Shown here in pieces: positions 63,021 to 64,000 of a stretch of DNA of 64,000 nt (the stretch's first letter is position 1; each line of letters begins with the position of its first letter). Origin of the DNA: Phoronis australis (lineage: Eukaryota > Animalia > Phoronida); contig NMRA01000751.1 in NCBI GenBank assembly GCA_002633005.1, forward strand, positions 72,629 to 136,628. Reading direction: 5' to 3'. The position numbers were made by a program, and so were the translations under genes. The notes beneath the pieces were generated by a model, which had not been told where the DNA came from, searched no databases, and was given only the letters and a program-made list of their open reading frames with translations.

Positions 63021-64000
63021 CTGCAAGATACGAAGGTTGAGAATAGCTGGAACCTAAACGACACTTATTCAATCTTCGCAATGTTCTCTTAGTGTGCATT
63101 ATACATGTGATAGTGACCACTGACGAAATTAGTAATTAATGATTTCAGATCATTACCAAAACAATTAAACAACTTAATGTAATTTAGCCAAATTGTATAA
63201 CTCAGACAGGGAGCTCTCAAGTGCCAAAGAGCCACTCAAACTAGGAGTCACTACACATTTGATGTGCTATTGCTTTTAAGGCCAAAAAACATATTTGGTT
63301 CCGGATTGTGCCCAACCAATGTTTGAAAAAGCAAAAAAGAAAGAATGAGGTGTAAACCCACATCATGTTTTTCCACAAATTACCATAAATCAGTGACGTA
63401 GGGAGGTGTTATTTTAATGGGGGCACAAATTGACCCCCTGGTCAACACCAGCACAACAAATCATATCAAATCACTGCACCAGTAAAGATACCCTGGTTGA
63501 TACCAGCATAGCCAATTACATCAAATCAAAAATCACTGCATCACTGAAGTTGACTTGAAATGAGCATTGTCACACTATTTAAGTTGATATTAGGTGACAT
63601 TTTTTGAAAAGATAAATAACTAATAAATCACATCGATTTTCAAAACAAACACAGAACTGAACCAAACAATTATGTTTTTGGCCTAACATAATTTTGTGAC
63701 ATTCCTAAATTTGAGATTCCAAAAAGAAAATGTGGCTACAATTAATGTCATTTGCCTCTGAACTGAAACTCTTTACACTGTGAGCAATCACATTTTATTT
63801 AAATACAATTGATGATGAAACCTGTCAAAACCACAGACTAGAGTGAACTACCCTAATTTGAAGGCTGACTAATCACTTGGTCTTTAATTGAATTCCCATT
63901 AAGCAATAGCTTTAAGAAGCTGATGTTCAATCACACTTAACAATATTTAGAGCAAAATACTTCCCAATGACACGAACAGATGTGCTTCAAAACAACTACA

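Overview
Intron-rich, AT-rich animal genomic DNA; the gene and repeat content suggests an invertebrate bilaterian, but the species cannot be determined from sequence alone. The + strand (2217-36887) carries a B-Raf-type Raf kinase gene lacking only its first exon(s). I reconstructed it by hand into a phase-consistent chain of about 738 aa: BRS, RBD, CRD, CR2, kinase domain and C-terminal 14-3-3 site, with a U12-type intron at the position known in vertebrate RAF genes. The - strand (63020-46532) carries the 3' part of an HDAC11 gene with a GC-AG intron and a probable extra Ser/Thr-rich terminal exon; the two genes are convergent. The most striking observation is a pair of apparently duplicated, obligatorily mutually exclusive Raf exons (18908-19103 and 19567-19705). 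Each encodes its own CR2 inhibitory 14-3-3 motif (RSTSAPNV vs RSNSAPNV), and RBFOX-type TGCATG motifs lie between them. Further candidate alternative Raf exons are an internal first exon, a kinase-less terminal exon and a 90-nt hinge cassette. Introns hold many mobile elements: a 5'-truncated Penelope-like element with an inverted terminal repeat and hammerhead-like motifs, a mariner, an internally deleted RTE-X-like LINE, HINE/DINE-like repeats, MITEs and a tRNA-derived dimer. A 600-bp duplication at an N is probably a haplotype assembly artefact. All calls come from manual reading; no searches were run.
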